DNA from: Opitutia bacterium
Lineage (GTDB): Bacteria > Verrucomicrobiota > Verrucomicrobiia > Opitutales > Opitutaceae
Direction of reading: 5' to 3'
Length of the DNA: 64,000 bases
NCBI GenBank assembly: GCA_947453695.1
Contig: CANGHW010000005.1
Location: 43,091-107,090 of the forward strand
Part shown: positions 44,084-56,520 of the stretch, one piece after another
How positions within the stretch are numbered: position 1 is the stretch's first letter
Layout: every line of letters begins with the position of its first letter
Translations under genes and position numbers: made by a program
The notes under the pieces: model-generated
What the model was told of the DNA's origin: nothing
Seen by the model: the letters and a program-made list of their open reading frames with translations, nothing else
Database searches by the model: none

Positions 44084-45220
44084 ATGAGTCGCGCGTTGCC
44101 TTTTCGACTTCCGGCTCCGGCAGGGGCGCGCGTGGACGTGCTGATCGTCGCGGGCGAGCATTCGGGCGACGAGCATGCGGCGCGGATGGTGCGGGAACTG
44201 CGGGCGAAGCGGCCGGAGCTCGTGTTTGCAGCGCTCGGTGGACCGCGGCTGGAGGCGGCTGGAGCGCAGTTGTTGCACGATCTCACGGGGAGTTCGTCGA
44301 TCGGCTTCGCGGTGCTGGGGCGGATTTCGTTTTATCGGGCGCTGATCGGCGAGGTGGTGCGCTGGGTAGGTGAGCATCAGCCGCGGGCGGTGTGTTTCGT
44401 GGACTCATCGGGGCTGAATCTACGGATTGCGCGGGGGCTGTTTGATCGCGGATTTTCGGCCAAGGCGGGCGGGTCGACGAAGACGTTGTATTATATCAGC
44501 CCGCAAGTGTGGGCGTCGCGGGCGGGGCGGCGGTTTGAGATGGCGAGGCACCTCGACGGGCTGGCGGCGATTTTCCCCTTTGAGCCGAAGTTTTACGCGG
44601 ACACGACGTTGCCGGTGGAGTTTGTGGGGCATCCGTTCGTCGCGCCGGACTACGTGGCGCCGGTGAAGTTTGATTCCGCGGGGCCGGTATTGTTGCTGCC
44701 GGGAAGCAGAGTGGGGGCGGTGAGGAAGATTTTTCCCGCGGTGCTCGCGGGCTTCGTGCGGTCAGGGGCGAAAGACGCGGCCGTGATTTATCCCAGCGAA
44801 GCGATCCGGGTGGAACTGGCGGCCGCGCACCCGCCGACGAATGTGCGGCTCGTGGCGACGGGTCAGCCCGTGGCGGCGTCGGCCGTGCTGACGTCGAGTG
44901 GCACGATGTCGATGCATTGCGCGCTGGCGGGGATTCCCGGCGCGGTAACGTATCGCACGGATCCGGTGACGTATTGGCTGGGGCGGCTCCTCGTGAAGGT
45001 GGAGCACCTTGGGATCGCGAACATCTTGCTCAAGGAGGCGATGTATCCCGAGTTCATCCAAGGCGCGGCGACGCCGGAGGCGCTGGCGGAAGAGTTGCAG
45101 GCCTGTTTGCACGATCCGGGCCGGCAAGCGCGGACGGCAGCCCAGTCGGCCCGGCTGCGGGCGCTGCTGAGCGTGCCGGCCAGCGGGACAGCAGCGGATT
45201 GGCTGGGGCGATATCTCTAG
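44084..45220 (+). CDS. lpxB: Lipid-A-disaccharide synthase
   Basis: The ORF track starts at GTG 44072, and the first ATG is at 44084 (MSRALPF). It has VLIVAGEHSGDEHAARMV, YYISPQVWASRAGR, LLLPGSR and SGTMSMHCALAGIP blocks. Confidence 0.9.
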   Translation: MSRALPFRLPAPAGARVDVLIVAGEHSGDEHAARMVRELRAKRPELVFAALGGPRLEAAGAQLLHDLTGSSSIGFAVLGRISFYRALIGEVVRWVGEHQPRAVCFVDSSGLNLRIARGLFDRGFSAKAGGSTKTLYYISPQVWASRAGRRFEMARHLDGLAAIFPFEPKFYADTTLPVEFVGHPFVAPDYVAPVKFDSAGPVLLLPGSRVGAVRKIFPAVLAGFVRSGAKDAAVIYPSEAIRVELAAAHPPTNVRLVATGQPVAASAVLTSSGTMSMHCALAGIPGAVTYRTDPVTYWLGRLLVKVEHLGIANILLKEAMYPEFIQGAATPEALAEELQACLHDPGRQARTAAQSARLRALLSVPASGTAADWLGRYL

Positions 45221-45275
45221 CTTGGTTGCAAAGATGAGTCGTCAAAGTCCGCGAATCTGATTTCGTCCCGCGCCG

Positions 45276-49493
<4,218 letters not shown>

Positions 49494-49508
49494 TGTGCGT
49501 GCCGGCGA

Positions 49509-50600
49509 CTACGGTTGCGGCGAGCGGGCGAAAGTCGGGCTGACGCCCGGCGACGTGTGGCCGGCGAGCGCGGCGACCTGACGTTCTACCTGTCGCCACA
49601 AAGATTCCGCTTTTTCCGAGGCGATCGCGCGGCACTTGGTAAGCTCGGCCTCGCGCGCGGACCGGTTCTCCTCCGCGATCTTGGCGAGATCATCGAGGTT
49701 ATAGAGAAAGACGTTTTCGAGCGAGGTGACGGCCGGGTCGACGTCGCGCGGCAGGGCTTGATCGATGAAGAACAGGGGTTGCGCGGGGCGGCGGCGCATG
49801 GCGGATTGCGTCGAAGCGAGCGAGACCACGAGGTCGGGCGCTGACGTGGCGCACACGACGATGTCGAACTCCGCCAGCCGGGCCTCGCGCTGCTCGAAGG
49901 GCATGGCGCTGGCGCCGAGCACGGTGGCGAGCTCCATGGCGCGTTCGAAGCGACGGCTCGCGACGGTAAGCGAGGCGGCCCCGCGACTCTGAAAGGCCTT
50001 GGCCGTCTTTTCGCCGATCTCGCCGGCGCCCAAGAGGAGGATGCGAGTCGAGGTGAGACTACCGAAGATGCTCAGCGCGAGATCGACCGCGACATTGGCC
50101 ACGCTGACCTGGCCCTCGTTGATCGCAGTGGTGGCACGGACGTGCTTGGCGGCCTGAAATCCCTTTTGGAAAACGCGATTCAGCACCGGACCGGTCGTGC
50201 GCAGGCTCTGCGCGGTGGCGTAAGCGTCTTTGACCTGACCAAAAATTTCGGTTTCGCCGATCATCTGGGAGTCGAGGCCGGCGGCGACCTCGACGAGATG
50301 GCGCACCGCGTCCGGACCGTGGAGACGAAGGCGGAATTTCTCGAACTCGGCGTGATTGAAATTCTGCCGGGCGCAAAACGCCGCCGACACGCGGTGGGCC
50401 ACTTCGGGATGCGACGTGACCCCGTAGAACTCGATGCGGTTGCAGGTGCTGAGCACGGCGAATTCGTGCAAACCGGCGATGGTCGCGAGCTCGGCGCGCA
50501 GGGCATGGGCGGCATCGGCGGCGAGGGCGAGTTTTTCTCTCACCTCCAGGGGCGCGCGGTGATGCGTGGCGCCAATTACAAACAAGCCCTCGGCGCTCAT
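49509..50600 (-). CDS. hemA: Glutamyl-tRNA reductase
   Basis: This is ORF 49509..50768 trimmed to the ATG at 50600 (MSAEGLFVIGATHHRAPLEVREKL). It has LSTCNRIEFYG with the catalytic Cys and the NADPH motif LLLGAGEIGEK. The start overlaps the upstream gene's stop (ATGA). Confidence 0.93.
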   Translation of the reverse strand: MSAEGLFVIGATHHRAPLEVREKLALAADAAHALRAELATIAGLHEFAVLSTCNRIEFYGVTSHPEVAHRVSAAFCARQNFNHAEFEKFRLRLHGPDAVRHLVEVAAGLDSQMIGETEIFGQVKDAYATAQSLRTTGPVLNRVFQKGFQAAKHVRATTAINEGQVSVANVAVDLALSIFGSLTSTRILLLGAGEIGEKTAKAFQSRGAASLTVASRRFERAMELATVLGASAMPFEQREARLAEFDIVVCATSAPDLVVSLASTQSAMRRRPAQPLFFIDQALPRDVDPAVTSLENVFLYNLDDLAKIAEENRSAREAELTKCRAIASEKAESLWRQVERQVAALAGHTSPGVSPTFARSPQP

Positions 50601-51445
50601 GGCTTGACCGCCGTGGCGGTGGGCTTGGTCGCAGGATGGCGGCTCGAATCGACGGCTTCGAGCGAGAGCAGGGCGGCGGCGAAGAGCGCGATGCCCGTCC
50701 AGGCAAAACGGCGGGTGATCAGGCGGCCTGCCAAACGGAGGCCAAGGGCCACGGCATAGGCTACCCAAACAGCGACTGTGATCAGAATTTTAATCGAGTT
50801 GGCCGAGGCCGTGTCGCGGAACCAGTAGTTGGCGCCGACGAGGAGGGAGATGGCGAGGATGGTCACGCCACTGCCGAGGAGGCGGACGCCGATCTGGTCG
50901 AGGTCAAAAATTGACGGCAGAAATGAGACCCAGCCGCTGAGCTCCTTGGATTTCAGGGAGCGGTTGCGGGCGAGATACATGAACGAGGTGAGCGCCAGCA
51001 GGCCGAAAACGCCGTAGCTGAAAACGGCGAGCGCCGCGTGAAGCTCGATCCACGGGTTGCCACCGAAAATGTGGGAGCGCGTGGCGGCATCCCAACTCGG
51101 CAGCGATAGCGAGAGGACGGTGAGGGCAGTGGCGAGGCAGGACGTGAAGTAGCCGAGCAGGCTGTTCCGAAACGTGACGCCAATCACGAGGTAGAGAGTA
51201 ATGGCGGACCAGGCGACGAATTGAAACACCTCGAACTGGTTGCCCAGCGGGCAGCCGCCCACGGCTTTCCCTCGCAGACCGAGGCCCAAGAGCTGGAGCG
51301 CGTAGCCCCCCGCGACGAGGATATACATCGCCGCACCGGACGGGCGGCCACCCCGCAGGAGCGACAGCGTGCCCAGCAGGAAGCCGGCGAGGTAGCACCC
51401 CGCCGCCACCCAGAGCCAGGTGCGATCATCGAGTCCGGCAAACAT
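50597..51445 (-). CDS. CcsA/HemX-like cytochrome c assembly family membrane protein
   Basis: The 282-aa protein has about 8 transmembrane segments. It is translationally coupled to hemA, and the fold class resembles B. subtilis HemX (CcsA-related). Confidence 0.8.
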   Translation of the reverse strand: MFAGLDDRTWLWVAAGCYLAGFLLGTLSLLRGGRPSGAAMYILVAGGYALQLLGLGLRGKAVGGCPLGNQFEVFQFVAWSAITLYLVIGVTFRNSLLGYFTSCLATALTVLSLSLPSWDAATRSHIFGGNPWIELHAALAVFSYGVFGLLALTSFMYLARNRSLKSKELSGWVSFLPSIFDLDQIGVRLLGSGVTILAISLLVGANYWFRDTASANSIKILITVAVWVAYAVALGLRLAGRLITRRFAWTGIALFAAALLSLEAVDSSRHPATKPTATAVKP

Positions 51446-51571
51446 GAAGGGCAGACGCTACGGTGGGTGGCGCGCGGAGCAAGTCTGGGCATGAGCAGAC
51501 GGACGGGCTTGTGGCTTGCCCCGGGCGGGCCGGCGCGGTTCGCTAGCGGGGTTCATTTGCCCAAACCCTCT

Positions 51572-53440
51572 ATGAAAACCCTCCCTCGTTTCGGTGCTTT
51601 GATGGTGACGTTGTCGGCGCTGGCTTCGGTCGCCTCCGCCCAAAACCGCACCTTCACCAGCCAGTTCACGTTTGGCGACAGCCTGAGCGACAATGGTAAT
51701 CTGCTCGCTGCGACGACTCCGTTGGGTGCGCCCAATCCGCCGCCGCAGTATTTCCAGGGCCGCTTTTCGAGTGGCCGCGTCTTCACCGAGCTCCTCGGCA
51801 ACACCATCGTCCCCGCGGTGACCGCGCCCGCGACGCAGAAGACCAATCTCAATTTTGCCTTCGGTGGTGCGACGGCTCAGGGCTCCGGCACGCTGCCGCC
51901 GTCATTTTCGGTGCAGCTCGCGCTCTTCCAGTCCCGCGCGATCAGCCCGGCCAAGACCGACTTGTTTACCGTTTTGTTTGGGCCGAATGACGTCCTCCCG
52001 GCGCTGACTGCGGCCACGACGCCCGCCAATCCCGCCGCCTTGGACGTCGCCGGCTTCAATGCCGCCGTCGCCACGGCCAATGGCGTTCAGACGCTCATTG
52101 GTCTCGGGGCGAAGAACATCGTGGTTGGCGGCCTTCCGAACATCGGGGCGACGCCGCGTGCGTTGTCGGGCGGCAGCACGGGCGTCGCGCTCGGGCTCCG
52201 GGCGACCAATGCCTTCAACAACGAAATTACCTCCCGTCTGCGCACGATCACGAGTTCGGCCGCGGCGGCGGATGTGAATGTGCTCTATCTGGATTTGCAG
52301 GGCGTGTTGGACCGCCTCGTCCTCGACTACAAGGCCTTCGGCTTTACCAACGTGACGTCCTTTGTGCTCGCGCCGGCGGCCGCGGGTGGTGGCGGTGACG
52401 CCAACAACTATGTCTTTTTCGATGACATCCATCCCACCGGCAAGACACATGCGCTCCTCGCGCAAACCGTCGTCGAGGCACTCAATCCGGAGCCGGTGCT
52501 CGGATTCGCCGCGACGCAAGGGACCGCGGCGCTGGCGTTGCAGTCGTTGTCGGCGGCGGCGCTCGATACTCGCGTCGCCCAAGTGAGCGGCGGCAATCGC
52601 GCCGTCGGCCGGGCCGATGCTTATGTCACGTTCAATTACGGTGACGGCAACCGCGATGTGGACGGATATCGCCGCAAGTTCAACTACACCGCCCAGGTGA
52701 TCACGGCCGGCGCGGATGTGCGGGTGAGTGACGGTTTCTTCGCCGGTGCCGCGATCAACACGGGCCGCCTGACGACGAAGATTTCCGCCGCCGGTGGTAA
52801 CTACAAAATGGAAGACCTCACGGGACGCGTCTATGGCGTCTGGCGCGGCGGCCCCATCTCACTCTCGGTCGATGCGGACTACGGCAATCTCGACACCAAG
52901 GGCATCCATCGTTCGACGGCGTTCGGCGGCTTCCAGACCAACGCCAAGGGCAGCGGCGACCATTGGGGCGCTGGCGTGCGGGCCGCGTGGGAGGTGGAGG
53001 CGTCCGGCCTGAATCTCCGCCCCTGGCTCGGTTTGCGGACGGAGCGGGTGAAACTGGCGGGTTACTCCGAGAAGGATATCCCGATGCTCTCCATGGATTT
53101 TGACGGACAGCAGGCAAAGAGCTCGGCCGGCACTCTCGGCCTCGACTTCGGCACCAACACGAAGGTGGCGGCGCATCTCGTCCGCTTCGATTTCCGCGCG
53201 GCGTGGCACGGTGAACTCACCAACAAGAGCCGCAGCGTCTCAGGTAAACTCGCCAACAACTTCACCCGCACCACGACGATCAGCGTCGAGGATGGCGATG
53301 GCAGCGGAATCGAGCTCGGTGGCGCAGCCACGCTCTTCTTCGCGAAGAACTGGAGCGCCTCGCTCGGCTACGCCGGCGATATCCGCAGCGGCGACAAGCC
53401 GGCCAGCCGGGTTTCGCTGTCGCTGCAGACCGGATTCTGA
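51572..53440 (+). CDS. Autotransporter with an SGNH/GDSL esterase passenger (EstA-like)
   Basis: This is ORF 51221..53440 trimmed to the ATG at 51572 (MKTLPRFGALMVTLSALASVASA). It has GDS block I (FTFGDSLSDNGN), block V (FFDDIHPTGKTH) and a C-terminal beta-barrel ending in SLSLQTGF. Confidence 0.88.
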   Translation: MKTLPRFGALMVTLSALASVASAQNRTFTSQFTFGDSLSDNGNLLAATTPLGAPNPPPQYFQGRFSSGRVFTELLGNTIVPAVTAPATQKTNLNFAFGGATAQGSGTLPPSFSVQLALFQSRAISPAKTDLFTVLFGPNDVLPALTAATTPANPAALDVAGFNAAVATANGVQTLIGLGAKNIVVGGLPNIGATPRALSGGSTGVALGLRATNAFNNEITSRLRTITSSAAAADVNVLYLDLQGVLDRLVLDYKAFGFTNVTSFVLAPAAAGGGGDANNYVFFDDIHPTGKTHALLAQTVVEALNPEPVLGFAATQGTAALALQSLSAAALDTRVAQVSGGNRAVGRADAYVTFNYGDGNRDVDGYRRKFNYTAQVITAGADVRVSDGFFAGAAINTGRLTTKISAAGGNYKMEDLTGRVYGVWRGGPISLSVDADYGNLDTKGIHRSTAFGGFQTNAKGSGDHWGAGVRAAWEVEASGLNLRPWLGLRTERVKLAGYSEKDIPMLSMDFDGQQAKSSAGTLGLDFGTNTKVAAHLVRFDFRAAWHGELTNKSRSVSGKLANNFTRTTTISVEDGDGSGIELGGAATLFFAKNWSASLGYAGDIRSGDKPASRVSLSLQTGF

Positions 53441-53442
53441 GT

Positions 53443-54372
53443 TTAGTTTCGAGAGGTGCCGCGGCGTGACGGAGTTTTCTCCGTCGCGCGCTGCACCGGC
53501 ACGAGAAAGTCGAACTCACAGTCGTCGCCGCCATCGCGGTAGCGTTCGTCCGACCGATCAAAGTTCGGCCCGCCGGTGTGGACGTAGTCTGACCGTGGCA
53601 GCCAAGTCCCGAAGGCGTAATTGATCGTCTCTTCTAGGCGGGCAACCGGGCCGCGGTGCACAAAGAGGGCGTAGGTCGAGGCTGGGATCGACCAGAGTTC
53701 CGTGCCGGCGGGCGAGGGAGTTTTCGCGGGCACATTAATGCCGATGAGATATTCCAGTTCGTCGGGATGTTTGCGCGTGGACTCCGCCGGGCAGCGGCAG
53801 GCGCCGTAAAGGTATTTGTCCCGCGGCTCGGGCAGGCGGGCACTCGTCGCGTGGAAGCGATGGTAGAGCGGCGGAATGACGGCGAGGTTGTTCGCGTCAG
53901 GCGACATAGGGCCGATGAAGCGGGCCGTGAGGCCGAGCAAATGGAGCGCGGGCAGATCGATGATTTGCGGGGTCATGGAGGTTTGGGCGGGAAGACGGTG
54001 GAGGCGGGGCGGGGTGAGGGCCGGGCGGGTGTGCAGCCATGCGAGACTACTGGTGCGCCGGAAGGCCAGTGGGGTGGTGCGAAAGGCGGATTTGAAGGCG
54101 CGTGAAAATGCCTCGTGAGACTCGAATTGGTAGTCGAGGGCGATATCGAGGATCCGGCGCTTCGTCTGCGCGAGGTCGGTGGCCGCAGCCGTGAGGCGGC
54201 GACGCCGGAGATAGCCGCCAAGCGATTCGCCGGTGTGCTCGGCAAAGATGCGGTGAAAGTGCCAGAGCGAGAAGCCCGCGTGGCGGGCGAGGGCGTCGAG
54301 CGAGAGCGGCTGGCGCAGGCTGCTTTCGATCTGCTCCAGCGCACGGAGGACGGCTTGGCGGTAGTGGCTCAT
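53443..54372 (-). CDS. AraC-family transcriptional regulator with a GyrI-like effector domain
   Basis: This is ORF 53443..54471 trimmed to the ATG at 54372 (MSHYRQAVLRALEQIE). It has an HTH_18 region (LARHAGFSLWHFHRIF..ALDYQFESHEAFSRAFK) and a C-terminal GyrI-like half. Confidence 0.88.
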   Translation of the reverse strand: MSHYRQAVLRALEQIESSLRQPLSLDALARHAGFSLWHFHRIFAEHTGESLGGYLRRRRLTAAATDLAQTKRRILDIALDYQFESHEAFSRAFKSAFRTTPLAFRRTSSLAWLHTRPALTPPRLHRLPAQTSMTPQIIDLPALHLLGLTARFIGPMSPDANNLAVIPPLYHRFHATSARLPEPRDKYLYGACRCPAESTRKHPDELEYLIGINVPAKTPSPAGTELWSIPASTYALFVHRGPVARLEETINYAFGTWLPRSDYVHTGGPNFDRSDERYRDGGDDCEFDFLVPVQRATEKTPSRRGTSRN

Positions 54373-54454
54373 CGGTGGGATAGTCGAAAGCTTACCAGCA
54401 GGTGAGGCCCGGCCACTTGACGGTTTGTGCGAATCGCGCACTGCGCGAGTTCGC

Positions 54455-55237
54455 CTACGCTTTCCGGGCAACCCAAAACCGGCACTCGTCGGAGAAGTTC
54501 AGCACGTCGCGTGACTCCTGGGCGATTTTGGTGCGCATGGCATCGAACTCGTGCGTCCACCCGGTCGCGGCGAGATCGGCGAGGATTTCCTCGCGATTCG
54601 GCAGGTGCATGAACGTGCGGCCGGCCTCGTCTTCGAAGTAGCGGTCGCCGAAATCGACGAGGCGCGGGTCCTGTTCCCCGCGCGTCCAACGGATGGTCTC
54701 GAGGCGCCAGAGCGCGCGCTCGGTGGGGGAGGAGTCGCGATCGTGGGTGGTGAAGAGCAGGGGTGCGCCCGGGGCACAGGCGCGGTGGAGCTCGCGGAGC
54801 GCGGCGCGACGGTGGGCGTGGCCGGGGATCTGCATCAGGCCGTTGAACATGAAGAGTGCGCCGGCGAACTGGCGGTCGGCAAAGGCGGAGACAGTGCTCA
54901 GCACGGTGGCATCGGCGTGGTGAAACGCGATCGCCGTGGGACCGGCGTCAGCCCCGCGTTCGGCGGCGAGGCTGCGGGCCTGGTCGACGAGCTCCTCGGC
55001 GAAATCGAAGGCCGTGAGGTGGTGGTAGCCCAGCGACCAGAGGCCGAGCGTGACGCGCCCGGCCCCGCAGCCCGCCTCGAGGAGGGAGGCGGACTTGTCC
55101 GGGAAGAAACGCTCGATGAGCGCGCGCTCCGAGGCCCAGAGGCCGAGCTCATGCGCGGCGCGCGTGTAGTGGACGACAGCCGAGAGGTCGTTGAAGTCGG
55201 CGCGGACCGTTTCGGACGTTATTTTTTGCGGGTCCAC
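54455..55237 (-). CDS. Class I SAM-dependent methyltransferase
   Basis: Motif I is LLEAGCGAGRVTLGL. There is no in-frame ATG upstream of the domain, so the start is set at GTG 55237. That overlaps the upstream gene's 3' end by 19 nt. The start is uncertain. Confidence 0.7.
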   Translation of the reverse strand: MDPQKITSETVRADFNDLSAVVHYTRAAHELGLWASERALIERFFPDKSASLLEAGCGAGRVTLGLWSLGYHHLTAFDFAEELVDQARSLAAERGADAGPTAIAFHHADATVLSTVSAFADRQFAGALFMFNGLMQIPGHAHRRAALRELHRACAPGAPLLFTTHDRDSSPTERALWRLETIRWTRGEQDPRLVDFGDRYFEDEAGRTFMHLPNREEILADLAATGWTHEFDAMRTKIAQESRDVLNFSDECRFWVARKA

Positions 55238-56358
55238 GCGGCGATGAACATGCCGTTGGCGTTGATCTCGTGGGGCCAGAGAAAGAGCTGCGAGCTGGGA
55301 GCGGTGGGCTGCGTGCTCGAACTCGTGGCCAAAGGAAGCGGGAGTGGCTCCAGCTCGGGATGGGCCGCGCCGAAGGTGTTGGCGACGGCCGTCGTCTCGC
55401 TCCGCGTGAGCGTGCAGACGGAGTAGATCAGGCGACCGCCGGGTTTGAGGGAGCCGGCGACTTGGTTGAGCAGCGAGAGTTGGGTCGCGGCGAGTTCGCT
55501 GACATCCTCGGGCGTGGTGGTCCAACGGGCGTGCGGGTTGCGCTGCCAGGTGCCGACGCCGCTGCACGGCGCATCGACGAGGATGCCGTCGAACTTGGTT
55601 TTGGTGGGGAGGCTGGCCGAGCCATCCCAGAGCGCGGTGCGGTAGTTGAAAAGTTTGGCGCGGCCGGCGCGGCGTTTGAGGGTTTCGAGGCGGCCGGAGT
55701 GGCGGTCGGTGGCCCAGACGGTGCCCTTGTTGGCCATCAGATCGGCGAGGTGGAGCGTTTTGCCGCCTTCGCCGGCGCAGGTGTCCCACCACGTCTCGCC
55801 GGGCTTGGGCGCGCACGCGAGACCGACGAACTGAGAGGCGAGATCCTGAATCTCAAATTCGCCGAGTTTGAATTGCTCGGTTTTGAAAAGGTCCTGTTTG
55901 CCGGTGAAGCGCAGGGCGTCGGGCACGAGCTGGCTGAACTCGCAGGCGAAGAGGGAACGGCCGAGGACGGCGGAGGTGCCGGGGCGGGCGCGGAGCCAGA
56001 GGGAGGGATCGCGCTGGAGCTGGCGCAGGTAGTCGGGCGGGAGATCCATCTCGGACGCGAGCCACTTGGGCACGGCGAGGGCCGCGAGGGCCTCAACCTT
56101 CACGGACTTGGGATTGGCGAGGAAGCGCTCGTGCAAAATCGCCGCGTGCTCGATGCGTTTTTGCAGCGAAGACTTTTCGTCGAGCCACGAGAGCCAGCGG
56201 AAGTAGAGGAAGACCGCGTGGCTGATCTCACGCTTCTCGCGGGCGCCGATGTAGCGGTGCGCTTCGAAGTAAAAGCGTAGGGCGACGTCGGCGCGGCGGT
56301 CGGCGGAGATGGAGCCGATGATGCGGGCGGCGTGGTTGAGCGTGGTCTGGTCGGGCAT
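55219..56358 (-). CDS. RsmB/NOP2/Sun-family RNA (cytosine-C5) methyltransferase
   Basis: It has DTCAGEGGKTLHLA (SAM motif), ILVDAPCSGVGTWQRNP (PC motif) and YSVCTL (TC motif). Confidence 0.85.
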   Translation of the reverse strand: MPDQTTLNHAARIIGSISADRRADVALRFYFEAHRYIGAREKREISHAVFLYFRWLSWLDEKSSLQKRIEHAAILHERFLANPKSVKVEALAALAVPKWLASEMDLPPDYLRQLQRDPSLWLRARPGTSAVLGRSLFACEFSQLVPDALRFTGKQDLFKTEQFKLGEFEIQDLASQFVGLACAPKPGETWWDTCAGEGGKTLHLADLMANKGTVWATDRHSGRLETLKRRAGRAKLFNYRTALWDGSASLPTKTKFDGILVDAPCSGVGTWQRNPHARWTTTPEDVSELAATQLSLLNQVAGSLKPGGRLIYSVCTLTRSETTAVANTFGAAHPELEPLPLPLATSSSTQPTAPSSQLFLWPHEINANGMFIAAWTRKK

Positions 56359-56520
56359 TTGTCACCACGAGACACACGAAAGCCGACCAAAGGGGAAGCT
56401 GGTAATCGGTGCAGCGTGCCGGCGATGGTGCGGATGGCGAGTGAACAGCGGTCATAGACCGCCGCTACAGCAGAAGGCGTGAGGGACAGGAGAAGGCGGT
56501 TGGACTGCGCGCGAGTGGCG

